Source: Corallochytrium limacisporum Hawaii
Taxonomy: Eukaryota; Protista; Pluriformea
Length of the DNA stretch: 64,000 nt
Reading direction: 5' to 3'
Assembly: GCA_002811645.1 (NCBI GenBank)
Contig: PDIP01000069.1
Location: 18,618-82,617 of the forward strand
The translations under genes were made by a program, and so were the position numbers. Of this stretch, positions 10,062 to 21,454 are shown piece after piece. Numbering within the stretch: position 1 is the stretch's first letter; each line of letters starts with the position of its first letter. The notes below the pieces were generated by a model. That model saw only the letters and a program-made list of their open reading frames with translations. It was not told the origin of the DNA and did no database searches.

Positions 10062-13049
10062 TTAGCGACGCTTCGGTACATACACTTCACCAAACTTGGC
10101 CATGTAGTCTGTGATGAACTTGTGCACATTACCCTTGTGCTTGGCCTCGAATCCCCAGGAGTGCTTGTACTCACGATCTGCGCTGGCTTTACTCTCCGCC
10201 TTTTTGTGCTCCTTGAGCACGATCATATGCGTCATTTTGCGCGCGAGGAATTTGAAGTCCTCCTTAGACTCAATTCGTCCAGTTATACATGTTTCCTTGC
10301 GGTATTTCGACAGGTAGCGAATGACTTCCTGCGACACTGACTCTTTAAACTTGCCGGCACGGGGTTCAGAGCTGAGGAGACGTCTGACAGCATCTTCGTC
10401 GCCGCCCCCGCCGCTGACTCCACCACCACCACTGCTCCGGGACTTAGATACCTCCTTTGACAACGATGACAATCTGCCGCCACCCCCATTCTGCTGCTTT
10501 GACGAGGTTCCGGCCGTGAGCACGGCGTAGCCGTACTCCCGCGACTTGCCACCACCACCACCACCACTCATAGATCGTCGTTTGCGTCGCTTGGCATCTG
10601 GCAGCCGTTGATCGGCATCAGGATCTTGAATGGGCTGTCCTTGTGCCTGTCGGAGGACTCTGGTTGGATCAATGACGAAAGCACGCTTTTTGCGCTCCTC
10701 TTCATCCTCTTCGTCAGCGTAGTCCATTCGTCCGTGCCCTGAGGCCAGCTGCTGTGATGCTATTGTTGACGGGTGATGGTAAGCCCCACCTCCACGACGA
10801 TCCTTATCTCTGTCTCTGCTACGATCGTGATCTCTGCGGTCATCCCTGCTGCGGTCACGGTCCCTGCCACCATTACCATTGTGCGGTCGGTTCCATGACG
10901 TTTCGCGTGTGTCTGGGTTCCAATAGTACGGCCGTCCGTCGGCGTCGTGTGCAACTTGCCAAGGCTCAGGCAAGGGACTGTCGTCCCTACTTCTTTCCCT
11001 GCCACGTTCTCGGTCTCGATCCCTGTCACGGTCTCGGTCCCGAATGTCCTCAGACATCGGGGACCGTCCATCGCCACCACCCCCGCTCTTGCGCGACGCT
11101 CCAGGGCTACTGCGTTCGCCGTCGCGATCCCCGCCGCTCCGGAAATTGTCGCGGCCACGACTGTCCGAACGGTCTGTGAAATTACCGGCATTGCGGTCCA
11201 GCGGTATTTCATCATCCTCTTCCTCTTCCCCGTCCACATCCATAGAATCATCGACTTTGGTTTTCTTCGGAATCCGGAATTCCTGTGTCAGTTTCTCCCA
11301 TTTTTCATAGAGAGTGCGAGCAGTGTCACGCAGATTCTCTATTGTATCTTCCTGCTTTTCGTGATCCCCTTTGGAAGTCAATGTATCTTCTACTGCTCGG
11401 GCAGTCTCCTCTTCTTTCTTGATCTTTTCACTCGCAGGGATCATCTGGCCATTCTTATCGAGGATCTTGGCAATGCAACCCACTACTTTGTATAGATTAG
11501 TCGACGTCACAATGTTGCGATTCGGAAACACCATTTTGTTGAGGACCTTCAACATGTACAGGTAGAAAGCAATGTCGTCCGGTACCACGGGCAGGACATC
11601 GTCCTCTTCAAGGTCCTCGTCATCCTCTTCCTTCGCCTCAGTCTTCGGTTCAGTCCCTGAAGCAGACTCATCCTTGAGGTCATCCTTGGAGCCACCAGCA
11701 GATGCAGTGGTACCGCTGGTAGTAGCAGCATGGGACTCCACCATCTTCAATTCCCCTTCCATGTTGCTCAGCCAAATGGCCAGAGTGGTCAAAGCCTGCT
11801 TAGTCTTGAAGAACTCAAACATGAGCGATTCGGCCAGGCTCGGACTGATTCCTGACGTGTTCAAGGGGTCTTCTGCTCCATCTGATGCTCCATCCTGTTC
11901 TTGGTCTTCTTCTCGCGTTCCGAGTTCTTCACTATCACTATCTTCATCATCGTCCGCAATGACCGACTTCTTCTGTGTTTTTGACTTAGATGATGCTGAC
12001 ATGGTACCCTCTGTCTTGTGCGCTCCTCCATTCCGATCACTGCCCGTATGCATGGCATCCAGAGTGTTCTCCAAAATGGGGAGCAGAGTGCTCAGTTCAT
12101 CCGCCAGAGTTGTCTGGCACAGCAGACGCGCAAACCTTTGCATATTCTCTTTGGTACTGATGGCATGACTCTCATTCACAATCTGTGCAATTTTGTCATC
12201 GAATGGCAGCAGCTCATACTCGCCTTGGTACTTCCGACCACCCCGCGACCCCACACCAGTTTTTGTGCGAATACCACCGACCTCTTTGGTCTCTTCGCCG
12301 CCAATAATTCCTCTACAGTTACTGCTTCCACAGTAGCACTTCTGGGCTTCACTGCCATAGCGCTCAAATTGGTAGTCGAAGCAAAGTTCGTCGCCGTTCT
12401 TCACAGTTCGCGTAGTGAAGAGGCCGATACGGAGCCGTCCATTCACCATCCACTTCTGAGTCACTGCGTTGGGGTCGCAGGAATGATTCAAGAAGCGGGC
12501 GGTACCACCCTTCTTTGTTGCATCAATGATTTGTTCGTTGTTCAAAGTCATGAAATAGAAATGCGGCAATTGTTCCTCGTGGTATTTCAGCACGCGCTTC
12601 TGGAATTCTAGGTGGTCAATCACTTCACCCACGTACTCGAGAATGAACGCGTTCGCATCCAGATCTTCGCGGGTTACCAGACCCATGCCCTTCTTTTCCG
12701 TTTGTATGACTTCCGTGTTGGCGTATTCTTTGCGTTGGAATCGTTGATTGCGGCAGTGCTTGCCCAGGGGACATGACTCCGGGTCACATTCGATAAACAT
12801 ATGGCGATTCAGACATAGTTCCCCACAGTGGTCTTCTGGATCTCCTGTGTACGTACATTCGCAGACCAATGTCTCGTTCTTCTTCTTTTTCTTCCTTGTA
12901 GCAGACTTCTTGTCCTTGGGTTTGAGGTAGATGTTCCCATCGATTTCAGCAAAAGCTACTGTTCCCAATCGGTTCTCACCTATAACCTTTCCATTGCCAC
13001 TGTCGCCATCGTAGGCGCGTGCTAGCGCAGCCTTTTCTATTGATGGCAT
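10062..13049 (-). CDS. SETD2: H3K36 methyltransferase Set2/SETD2 (AWS-SET-postSET, WW, SRI)
   Basis: AWS (CGELCLNR..IECD..CPLGKHCRNQRFQ), SET (RFLNHSCDPN, ELCFDYQF), postSET (CYCGSSNCRG), WW (LPEPW..DGRPYYWN..TRETSWNRP), C-terminal SRI (GRIESKEDFKFLARKMTH..KFITDYM.KFG.VY). Confidence 0.96.
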   Translation of the reverse strand: MPSIEKAALARAYDGDSGNGKVIGENRLGTVAFAEIDGNIYLKPKDKKSATRKKKKKNETLVCECTYTGDPEDHCGELCLNRHMFIECDPESCPLGKHCRNQRFQRKEYANTEVIQTEKKGMGLVTREDLDANAFILEYVGEVIDHLEFQKRVLKYHEEQLPHFYFMTLNNEQIIDATKKGGTARFLNHSCDPNAVTQKWMVNGRLRIGLFTTRTVKNGDELCFDYQFERYGSEAQKCYCGSSNCRGIIGGEETKEVGGIRTKTGVGSRGGRKYQGEYELLPFDDKIAQIVNESHAISTKENMQRFARLLCQTTLADELSTLLPILENTLDAMHTGSDRNGGAHKTEGTMSASSKSKTQKKSVIADDDEDSDSEELGTREEDQEQDGASDGAEDPLNTSGISPSLAESLMFEFFKTKQALTTLAIWLSNMEGELKMVESHAATTSGTTASAGGSKDDLKDESASGTEPKTEAKEEDDEDLEEDDVLPVVPDDIAFYLYMLKVLNKMVFPNRNIVTSTNLYKVVGCIAKILDKNGQMIPASEKIKKEEETARAVEDTLTSKGDHEKQEDTIENLRDTARTLYEKWEKLTQEFRIPKKTKVDDSMDVDGEEEEDDEIPLDRNAGNFTDRSDSRGRDNFRSGGDRDGERSSPGASRKSGGGGDGRSPMSEDIRDRDRDRDRDRERGRERSRDDSPLPEPWQVAHDADGRPYYWNPDTRETSWNRPHNGNGGRDRDRSRDDRRDHDRSRDRDKDRRGGGAYHHPSTIASQQLASGHGRMDYADEEDEEERKKRAFVIDPTRVLRQAQGQPIQDPDADQRLPDAKRRKRRSMSGGGGGGKSREYGYAVLTAGTSSKQQNGGGGRLSSLSKEVSKSRSSGGGGVSGGGGDEDAVRRLLSSEPRAGKFKESVSQEVIRYLSKYRKETCITGRIESKEDFKFLARKMTHMIVLKEHKKAESKASADREYKHSWGFEAKHKGNVHKFITDYMAKFGEVYVPKRR

Positions 13050-14426
13050 GATCGGACAGTTTTATATCTTGCGTCTATTCTTTACCTATCTCATCATCAT
13101 AGACCCCAGTTTTGTGATCCTCACATTTTGCAGCACAACCTGTCTGCAGAATTCCGGAACGAAGTATCTTCCTCCATAGACATCGTCCATGCTCTTGATC
13201 TGTATTCAGTGTATGACAGTTTCAAATAACTACCACTATAAAGTTACATCACATACCATTCCAGGGCAATACACACTAAAATTTGGAAACCATGAGTGAC
13301 CGACACTAAACCAAGGCAAACGGAGACAAAATCGATTATACCACTCAGTTCCCCCAGTGGTTATCTTTCCAACAAACCGAAGGAGGGACGACGGGTGCTG
13401 GCGCTGCAATAGGCAGGCATGTGAATTTGTGACCACTCGGATAGTTCTCCTGCTATTGGCGCTGGAAAATGCTTCCCAACTCCCGTCCCTCTCCGGGCTC
13501 TCGCACTGTTTCATCCGGCAGCCAGCAGCCAGTGGAATGAAAGCCAGGAGAAAAAAAAGGCGCGACGCGGAGGAACGGGGGCAAGAACGGAAAGAGAGGG
13601 AAACGAAATTCACCAAGAGTTGGGCGACACTCGGAGTACCTTGTGTGGCAAGTGAAACCGGCGGGGGAACGGGGGAACAGGAAGGGAGGCCGACAAGCGA
13701 AACCGCAGGGAAGGTTCCAAAGGGTCGGTGGAGGCCGGATAGGACCATGATGTCAACAGTGATGCTATTGCTTAGCACGCTGAGAGGCAATAGAAGGACC
13801 CATTTTTCTTGATAGGAATTGCTTGTATTGAAGAAAAAGTAGTAAAATTCGTGCTCAAAGGATGGATTTCAAAGATGTACAAACGTTCACGTCACACACA
13901 GTCACAAAGGAAGAGGGCCACTACTCTGTGATGCTGATTGGTTCTCTCCAAAAGCAGCAGATGCCCTCCTCTCTCAACATCTTCAGGAAGAGGCTCCATA
14001 CGGTCCACAACAGACGTGGTAATATTTCTAACCACGATGACGCTGGCGGGCATCATCCTTGGCAATTGGTACAGTCTGTACAGATTCATCCGGACGCACT
14101 CTCTTGGTTGGCGGCCAGAGTGATTCTCGGCTGGTCCTATCCTGGCATTGTTGATGCAGTATGTTTTCTCCAAGCGTAGTTCAAGTCTGATGCTTTGGTT
14201 GTCCATCGGTGTGTGAAACTATGTTGTGCTCAATCAGGTTGTTCCATCTTCTCGTCAGTCCTTAGATAGTTTGCAAGATTTAAAATGGTAAATGGAGTTT
14301 GTGCAACTACTAAATTTGCACACCCCAGTGCTAAACATCAGGTTGAAGTTAATGACAAAAGAAAAGTATAGGTTGATCCGGTTGTTTGAACTGACATGGT
14401 AGAGATGATGATGTAAATGTTCTTCT

Positions 14427-17400
14427 TTAAGCTTCAGGTTGATACCACCACTGGCATTTGTAGCGTTCCATGTCCGACTTGGCCTTGTTCTCATTGCCAT
14501 CCTCTTTGAAATCCTTGGGAGACAGACCGGCCTCGGTCATCAGGCCGCGAGCCTTGTCACCATCAGTCTCGGACTTGATGTGATTCAGCACAGCAGCAAT
14601 GAGAGACATGGCCCGGTCAGCGGCAATGAGTTCGCTGCAAGCGTCTTTGAGCCAATTCAGGCCCAGCAGACCGGTGATGGCGGGCTTGCTCACAAACGGT
14701 GCCACGTACTGCGGAACCTGAGGGTAGTCAATCTCATCGTAGATGTCCTCAGAGTTGAGAATGTCCTCAATGCCGGCCTGGTAACCATCCTTTGCAATCA
14801 CATCATCACGCAAAAAGTCTGTCAACAGACTGCTCAGCATAGGAATGTTCTTGGGGCGGTTAAACGTGTTCGACACCAGAAGGGTGATTGCGAACGGGAA
14901 GGCCTCGGGATTGATCTTAAGTTCATCAACGCACAGTTTGGCCTCCTTGTAGTCCTTGTTCATCTCGTACTCGGCCACAATGCCATTAAGCTTCCGGCTC
15001 AGTTCCTGATCAGTGTAGCTCTTATAGTCACCGCCAGCGTCGCTGCCATCGTCGCCTAATCCACCGGTTGGGGTGCTCGCACCACTAGCCCCGGCCGAGC
15101 CGCCTTTAACTGCCTGTGCAGCGCTAGCGGCCTTGCCAAAGGCTGGGCGGTTGGGCAACTGGCGTGGCAGCTGTGGAGTGGAGCCCGGAGACTGCTTCGG
15201 GGTGGAATCCTTCGAGTCCTTGCCGGCAAACCATGACTTCTTTGGTCCTAAAGTCATGCCTTCGACCTGCACTGAACCCTGGGTGCGGTTGCGAGGACCG
15301 CCAGGTGGGGGCATCTTGAAGTTGCCCCGGCCACCACCGCCGCCAGCGTTAAAGCGGCTCGAAGATCCTTGGCGAATGAGACGCTGCGTTTCTTGCTGCT
15401 CTGCCTGGTGGTCTGCCATGGCCTGTTTGTGTACCTCAGCAATTGTGGCGGGACCGTACTCCTCACGGCGCGCGGTCCAGTTGTTCTGACGCATTTCAAT
15501 GACATCCTTGAGCATGAAACGCATACGGGCGCGCAGACGCTTATCACTGCTCAGATCTGTCATCTGCTTGAAATAGTGTTCCATTTTGGGCTTCTCGCCA
15601 TCGAGCTTGTCGACGATCGGACCGACTGTAGACATGAGCTTGCACAAACATTCAATGCGTTCCTCATCGTAGAGCTCTTCGCTCTCTTCATCGTTCGGCT
15701 TCAGGAGACTAGAGAAGCAGACGTGCATGACATTGGTGGCCAGCATCTGCAGCTTGTACAGCTCACCAATGAGACGCATCAGACCAATCAGACGGCGCTT
15801 CAACTTTCGGTTGTACTCCATCTTCTTGATCTTCTCTTCGCCCTGAGGAGTCTCGCGAATCTCCTTGTCTGAGATCAGATTGTTCTCGGCAAAGAACTCT
15901 TCTTGGCACTTGTTCAGCAGCTGACGACGGAAGGACAGTTCCTGGACCTTAGGTTTCTCGGCAGCACCGCCGTCACCCGCAGCGGCACTCTCGCCGGTTG
16001 CACCACCCTCACTCCCTTCTTTGCCCGCCTCACTACCACCTACTTCCTCGCGCACTTCAATCTTCTTCGCGAGCAGCTGGCACAGCTGAGCGTACATTTG
16101 ACTAAAGTTGGGCTCATCCAGAGCCTTATCCAGGATCAGGGTAATAAACTCGTTCAATCGGTACTCAGAGTTGATCTCTAACAGCAACATATCGCGGCTG
16201 AGCTTGTCGAACTTCTCGAGCGTTAACTTGTTCAGAATGGCCTTTGCCTTGCGGAAGATGACCTCGTCCTGCGATTCGGCACTGTCATCCTTCGGTCCCC
16301 GCTGGATCTTATAGCCAGTGGCACTAGGTTTGAGCACCTCCTTAGGTCCTTGGTTGTAGCGGTTGGACTTGCCACCGCGTCCAGCCATTCGACCAGTGCC
16401 CTTCCACTGTGCAGAGCCGCGACCGCCCTGGTTGACAAAGTTGGGCAGGAAGTTGGCACCAGAACCGCCGCGCTTGGGACCACCGTGTCCCTTGTGGGAG
16501 TCCCCACCGACAGATTCGTAGCGGATGCCCAGGTTAAGTTGAGGAGGGCGGTAGTTACAGATGCGCTTGAACTGCATCAGCCATTCGATGGAGTACTTCT
16601 TGGGACCGTCGGTGTGATCGGGACGCCACATGTCGCTGTCTTCTGGGTAGATGAGCACAGCGGGTTCCTCTTCTTCATCCTCCTCGTCCTCGACTTCTTC
16701 ACCATCTTCGGCTTCATCGACTTCGTAACCCTCGCCAGAAGCAAGAGCCTCTTCGGTCGGCGGCTCAGTGGAAGTAACTTCCTCTATGTCCGTAGCCTTG
16801 GAGTCAAGAACACCATCCAATGTATCCTTGGACACAGTGTCGACTGCAGTGGCACCATTCACCTTGGGCTCGCCTTCAACCTCAGTGGAGGCCTTCTCCG
16901 TGACGGTAAGATCGTCCGTAGACTCCGTTACGGTGACCTCGGGAGTAGCCGCAGTAGCGGGTGCATCCTTGCGCTGGTAGCTCACAGCCTCTCCAGTCGG
17001 CTTCTTGATAGTCAGCGGACGCGGCTTGTCATCCTCGCCTTCCTTGCCGGAGCTTGGGTACGGCTTGCGCACTGTAACTGGGACAGCGGCAGGGCCAGCA
17101 GAAGCAGGCGTGGGCTTAGTGGTGGCTTTTGCTTCCGTGGCCTTTGGCTCGGGTTTTTCCGCAGGCTTCTCTGCTGCCTTTTCCACAGGCTTCTCTGCCG
17201 GCTTTTCTACGGGCTTCTCAGCAGGTTTTTCCGTGGATTTCTCTGCAGGCTTCTCCTCACTCTTCTCAGCGACACTGGTGCTGGAAGTTGTTCCGCTAGC
17301 TTTCTTGCTCTCGTCGATCTTGACCTCCTCACCGGTAGGCTTAGTGATCTTCAGAATCTTCTTCTCGCGCGGCTTTGGGGGACCGGATGCGGACATAGAG

Positions 17401-18263
17401 GAAGTGCGGCTGCGGCTCGCCGGTCCTGCAGGAGAGACGTTGCCACTACCATCACCACTGATAGAGCCGGGCACAGAACCTGGGGTGCCCTGCTGGCTGC
17501 CCATGGGTGGGCGCTGGCCAAAGCCAGGCATTCCGACTCCGGGCATACCATAGGTCGGGTAGTAGGCCATGTTTGCATTGAAGCCACGGCCAGCGCCTTG
17601 GGGATAGCCCTGCTGTGGGAAGTAGGGACGACCCGCGCCCTGGGGACCAGGCATTGTGGGACGTGGCATGTCTGCACCGGTAGCACCGCCCTGACCGAAG
17701 GATCCACCCTGGCTGCCCTGGCTGCCGGGCTGGGACTGAGGTCCACTTTGGGCACCACCTGGAGCACCGCGGGGCATGCCATAGGCACCCTGCGGCATCA
17801 TATTGTATTGACCATACTGTCCAGGCTGCATGTATTGTGCTGGATTGTAGCCCATCTGCGCCGCTGCTGCCGCTGCCGCCTGTTGGGATGGATACGGAGG
17901 ACGGAAGCTACCTTGACCACCAGGACCACCGCCACGGCCGCCACCGCGTCCCATGTGACCTCCGCGGCCACGGCTACCGGAACCTTGTTGTCCGCCGCCC
18001 TGTTGCATGTTTGCGTAGTAGGGGACCGCTTGGTTGGCACCACCGCCCTGCTGAGGTTGCTGTCCACTCTGCTGGGGGACCTGCTGGTTACCGCCGGTAC
18101 CCGGCATGGACATCTGCTGCTGTTGAGGAACCTGTTGCTGACTACGAGAACCGCCCTGGCCGCCCTTGCCTCCGCGGTGGCCGCCACTACCGCTGAAGTC
18201 CTTGCTGCCGCGAGGCTTACCGCCGCCCTGACTAGGCTTTGCCTGAGCGCCCTGACCAGACAT
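14427..18263 (-). CDS. EIF4G: Translation initiation factor eIF4G (4E-binding motif, MIF4G, MA3)
   Basis: YxxxxL-phi motif YSIEWLM at 16575-16595. MIF4G: KAILNKLTLEKFDKL, KALDEPNFSQMYAQLC, FRRQLLNKCQEEF, LIGELYKLQML, ECLCKLMSTVG, RMRFMLKDVIEMR. MA3: IVAEY..KDYKEAKLCVDEL. Confidence 0.96.
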   Translation of the reverse strand: MSGQGAQAKPSQGGGKPRGSKDFSGSGGHRGGKGGQGGSRSQQQVPQQQQMSMPGTGGNQQVPQQSGQQPQQGGGANQAVPYYANMQQGGGQQGSGSRGRGGHMGRGGGRGGGPGGQGSFRPPYPSQQAAAAAAAQMGYNPAQYMQPGQYGQYNMMPQGAYGMPRGAPGGAQSGPQSQPGSQGSQGGSFGQGGATGADMPRPTMPGPQGAGRPYFPQQGYPQGAGRGFNANMAYYPTYGMPGVGMPGFGQRPPMGSQQGTPGSVPGSISGDGSGNVSPAGPASRSRTSSMSASGPPKPREKKILKITKPTGEEVKIDESKKASGTTSSTSVAEKSEEKPAEKSTEKPAEKPVEKPAEKPVEKAAEKPAEKPEPKATEAKATTKPTPASAGPAAVPVTVRKPYPSSGKEGEDDKPRPLTIKKPTGEAVSYQRKDAPATAATPEVTVTESTDDLTVTEKASTEVEGEPKVNGATAVDTVSKDTLDGVLDSKATDIEEVTSTEPPTEEALASGEGYEVDEAEDGEEVEDEEDEEEEPAVLIYPEDSDMWRPDHTDGPKKYSIEWLMQFKRICNYRPPQLNLGIRYESVGGDSHKGHGGPKRGGSGANFLPNFVNQGGRGSAQWKGTGRMAGRGGKSNRYNQGPKEVLKPSATGYKIQRGPKDDSAESQDEVIFRKAKAILNKLTLEKFDKLSRDMLLLEINSEYRLNEFITLILDKALDEPNFSQMYAQLCQLLAKKIEVREEVGGSEAGKEGSEGGATGESAAAGDGGAAEKPKVQELSFRRQLLNKCQEEFFAENNLISDKEIRETPQGEEKIKKMEYNRKLKRRLIGLMRLIGELYKLQMLATNVMHVCFSSLLKPNDEESEELYDEERIECLCKLMSTVGPIVDKLDGEKPKMEHYFKQMTDLSSDKRLRARMRFMLKDVIEMRQNNWTARREEYGPATIAEVHKQAMADHQAEQQETQRLIRQGSSSRFNAGGGGGRGNFKMPPPGGPRNRTQGSVQVEGMTLGPKKSWFAGKDSKDSTPKQSPGSTPQLPRQLPNRPAFGKAASAAQAVKGGSAGASGASTPTGGLGDDGSDAGGDYKSYTDQELSRKLNGIVAEYEMNKDYKEAKLCVDELKINPEAFPFAITLLVSNTFNRPKNIPMLSSLLTDFLRDDVIAKDGYQAGIEDILNSEDIYDEIDYPQVPQYVAPFVSKPAITGLLGLNWLKDACSELIAADRAMSLIAAVLNHIKSETDGDKARGLMTEAGLSPKDFKEDGNENKAKSDMERYKCQWWYQPEA
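17150..17270 (-). repeat. Coding 12-nt tandem repeat ((A/V/T)EKP)n within eIF4G
   Basis: AEKSEEKPAEKSTEKPAEKPVEKPAEKPVEKAAEKPAEKP in the translation. Confidence 0.85.
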
Positions 18264-20935
18264 GCTTACGGACGGAATGGTTGCTGTTTAATTAGCAGAA
18301 AACGCCTGAGGTCCGGTTTCTGTACGACCTCAGAATAATAAGCACGTAGCAAGTAAATAAAATTCACCCGTAGAACCCGAGCTAGATTCTAATCGAATGA
18401 AAAAATAAATGGTAAGGAAACGTAGACTAGGTGATCCCGTATTTCCTCAATCAAGTCGAACGCAAGTTTGAACGAACCCGAATTCAAATTGAATGAGTAA
18501 TCCCCGAAACTGAGAATATCCGTTTCCGAATTAAACCACTTCTTCTGGAAGAAAGATTCTTTTTGGGGAGAATGTACTTTCGCAGGGAAAGTACAGCTAG
18601 ATACGTAGATGAAACGTATCTGAGCTGACTTATAATAAGAGTTGAACTCCGAGGATCACAGAGAAACTTTTGCTGTTAATATTCACCATGTGATCTGAAA
18701 TACCACATGCTAATACAGTCCTATCTATTACTGTTTTCATCGTGTGGATACATCCACCCGCCAATCGCAACCATCAAAATGGACTTGGCTCAAACCGGTT
18801 GTGCGGTACCCATTGCCAATGATTGCGATTCATCCTACCACGGGGTTTAAGCGATGTGCGGTAAAGGCAGGAAGCACACACTCTCCCTCAACCAAGTGTC
18901 ACCGACCCACAAACCTTCAAACACAGCTGGAGCTTGGCACCGTGTGAGGAGAGTGGCTAGGAAAGCAGGGATCACTACACACAGCCACCCCACCGCGTTT
19001 AACACCGCTGCAATGTGGGTGCCCGGCAAAGAAGAGTGGGCGCAGGTAACATTTTGGGAGCGAAAAGTCCATCCCTGTCTGCCCCTTCCGTACTCCGGTG
19101 CAAATTCATCGCTCTGTTCCCGAAACACACTGGCAGTCACACAGACGGGGTGCCCGCACTTTCCCCGTGGTCAATGAAAGTAAGGAAAAGATCAGGAGCC
19201 ATTCGGTATCGCGATGCTCCCTTCCGCGTGGGACCACATTACCGACACTGGCGAGAGGGGAACCACAGAAGAGAGATGGAAGGGCAAACGTGGAAGGCTA
19301 AAGAGACAACAACGCAGACACACACGCCCTCCCACCGCCCCATTTTCAGCCCCTGACACTCCTTCCCTGGCTCCTGCACTCTTTCTTGCCAGCCATACCC
19401 TCACACACTAAACAAACTTTTGGTCCATGTCTGCAATAAGTTTTTCTGCGTTTAACAAACCTGCATTGCGGCCACTCTACGGCAGGGGAACGCCAAGACC
19501 ACTCTTACCATTCCTCTATTTATCCGGTGCCCGTTGTTCCACACACCGGTTTCCGGCTCAGACGTAGGCCGCCTGAGGTACGCATGCGGCACCAGCTTTT
19601 AGCGGGAAGAAGACCGGTTGAAACTTCAGACGTTGCCCAACAGACGCGGTCGGGTTTTCAATACTTTAAGTATGCCTGTATGAAATATGTTCGGTTCAGG
19701 TGGGGTGCTGATCGTCGAGAAGGAAGAGTGGAGGGCATTGCCGTAGAGAATTAGAATGAATAGAAGAAAAATACAAGAACATGCCGACGAGAAGCAGCAG
19801 ACAGCCAAAGCAGTGTGAAGGAGAAAAACACGGGAATTGGGGTCATTGTCCGTGTATAGCTTTCCATCATGTGGATGGCTCCATCGTGTAGGAGGTCTCC
19901 TGCGACGCCCGGGGGAGCTGGCGCTTGCCTTGGTATGTATGTCTCAGCAGCGTCATCTTCCGTCCCATTTAACAAGTTTGTCTCACTCTGAGGGTACCTG
20001 GTTCGCATCGGAAAATTGGGAAGCCATTCATGCATACGAAGCGCAATCCCAATACTCGTGCATCCAATATCTCACCGAGTAAGCTATCACAGGTTGTAGC
20101 ATAAAGCATTGATATAGGGGAAGAAGCTGATGGAATGAGAGTCCAAATTGCCCGTCCGTCGATGTTGAACGATGTTCCCACCGGGCCTGGAGGACAGTAG
20201 GGCCATAGGCACCTATCGCAACACACGCAGAATATTATCTGCGATTTCTTATTCAACCCCTGTTGCTGTACTTTCCGTACCAGCTGGCAAGTACTGAAGC
20301 TCGACTCCTTTCCCCCTCCCGTCTTGTCTCCCCAGTGCCACTCTCTTCCCCCCTCCCTCTCCGGGGTCGGGGAAATTTCACACACAACTCCCAAAACACA
20401 CACATTTGGGACGGATGGAGAAAATCTCACAAAGTTTCTCGACTATAGTTTTGTGTAAAATTACGTATTGCAACACTTTTATAGCCGAAGTACTGGAACC
20501 GAAGAAAATCCCTAGAGCATACTAAATGGACTGAAAAAGCCACAACTTGGAAGCCCATCGCTATACTGCAAGAGCCACGGGGCAACAGAAGCTGTATAGT
20601 AAATGTACTACGGATGGGTTTATTTGAGGTAGTCTACTGGGGCGGTTGGTTGGACCAGACAGTGCCGTTTTCTGCACTGTTGACATACGCATTACTGGCG
20701 GATCCTTGTAGAGTGTGCTTTGTGTACTCATACAGTTCCTTTACATGTAGGCCATTTAGAATTATTATTGTGCTTAACCGTGATGGCGCCATAACAGCAA
20801 TCTCCGCACAAAGAAAAGCTATTTCCAATCGCCATCGTTGTGCCACAAGGCAGATAGTTACTTCTTCAATTATCCTAATCATATTCGGGTGATCGGGTCA
20901 ATAAATACTCGGAGTTATACTATCAAATAGCAAAC

Positions 20936-21454
20936 ATGGGCGGTCACCGGTACAGCCAGAACAAGGTCAACAAGCAGTGGGACATGACCAAGTGTGCCTC
21001 TTCCAGCGGTTCCTACATGCGTGTTCACTTCAAGAACACTCATGAGACTGCTCAGGCCATCAAGGGTATGAGCATCGATCAGGCCACCCAGTACTTGCAG
21101 GACGTCAAAGCCCACAAGCGCATCATTCCTTTCCGTCGCTTCCGCTACGGTGTTGGTCGTAAGGCACAGACCAAGGAGTTCAAGACCCCTCAGGGTCGCT
21201 GGCCCGAAAAGTCTTGTGACTTCATGCTGAGTATGCTGGCCAACCTGAAGAGCAATGGTGAGGGCAAGGGACTCGATGCCGGAAGCCTGATAATTACTCA
21301 CGTCCAGGTCAACATGGCCCCTGTTATGCGCCGCCGCACCTACCGTGCTCACGGTCGTATCAACCCTTACAAGAGCCACCCCTGCCACTACGAATTCATC
21401 GCTGTGCCCCCTGCCGAGACTGTGCCCCGCCCCGAGGCCGTCTCCAAGCAGTAA
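20936..21454 (+). CDS. RPL17: 60S ribosomal protein uL22 (RPL17)
   Basis: [58 protein letters not shown]; strong codon bias. Confidence 0.97.
   Translation: MGGHRYSQNKVNKQWDMTKCASSSGSYMRVHFKNTHETAQAIKGMSIDQATQYLQDVKAHKRIIPFRRFRYGVGRKAQTKEFKTPQGRWPEKSCDFMLSMLANLKSNGEGKGLDAGSLIITHVQVNMAPVMRRRTYRAHGRINPYKSHPCHYEFIAVPPAETVPRPEAVSKQ

Noticed and set aside
13200-13256. Putative 5' UTR introns on the - strand (SETD2 GTATGT at 13256; eIF4G 19508-18284; NFX1 48401/48046-47959)
   Set aside because: Branch points or pyrimidine tracts are weak compared with the START intron; indistinguishable from chance without RNA data.
16350-18338. 662-aa antisense ORF over eIF4G (also 28050-28871 over the cathepsin and many shorter ones)
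   Set aside because: Shadow ORFs produced by biased codon usage and low-complexity sense proteins; no domain signal.
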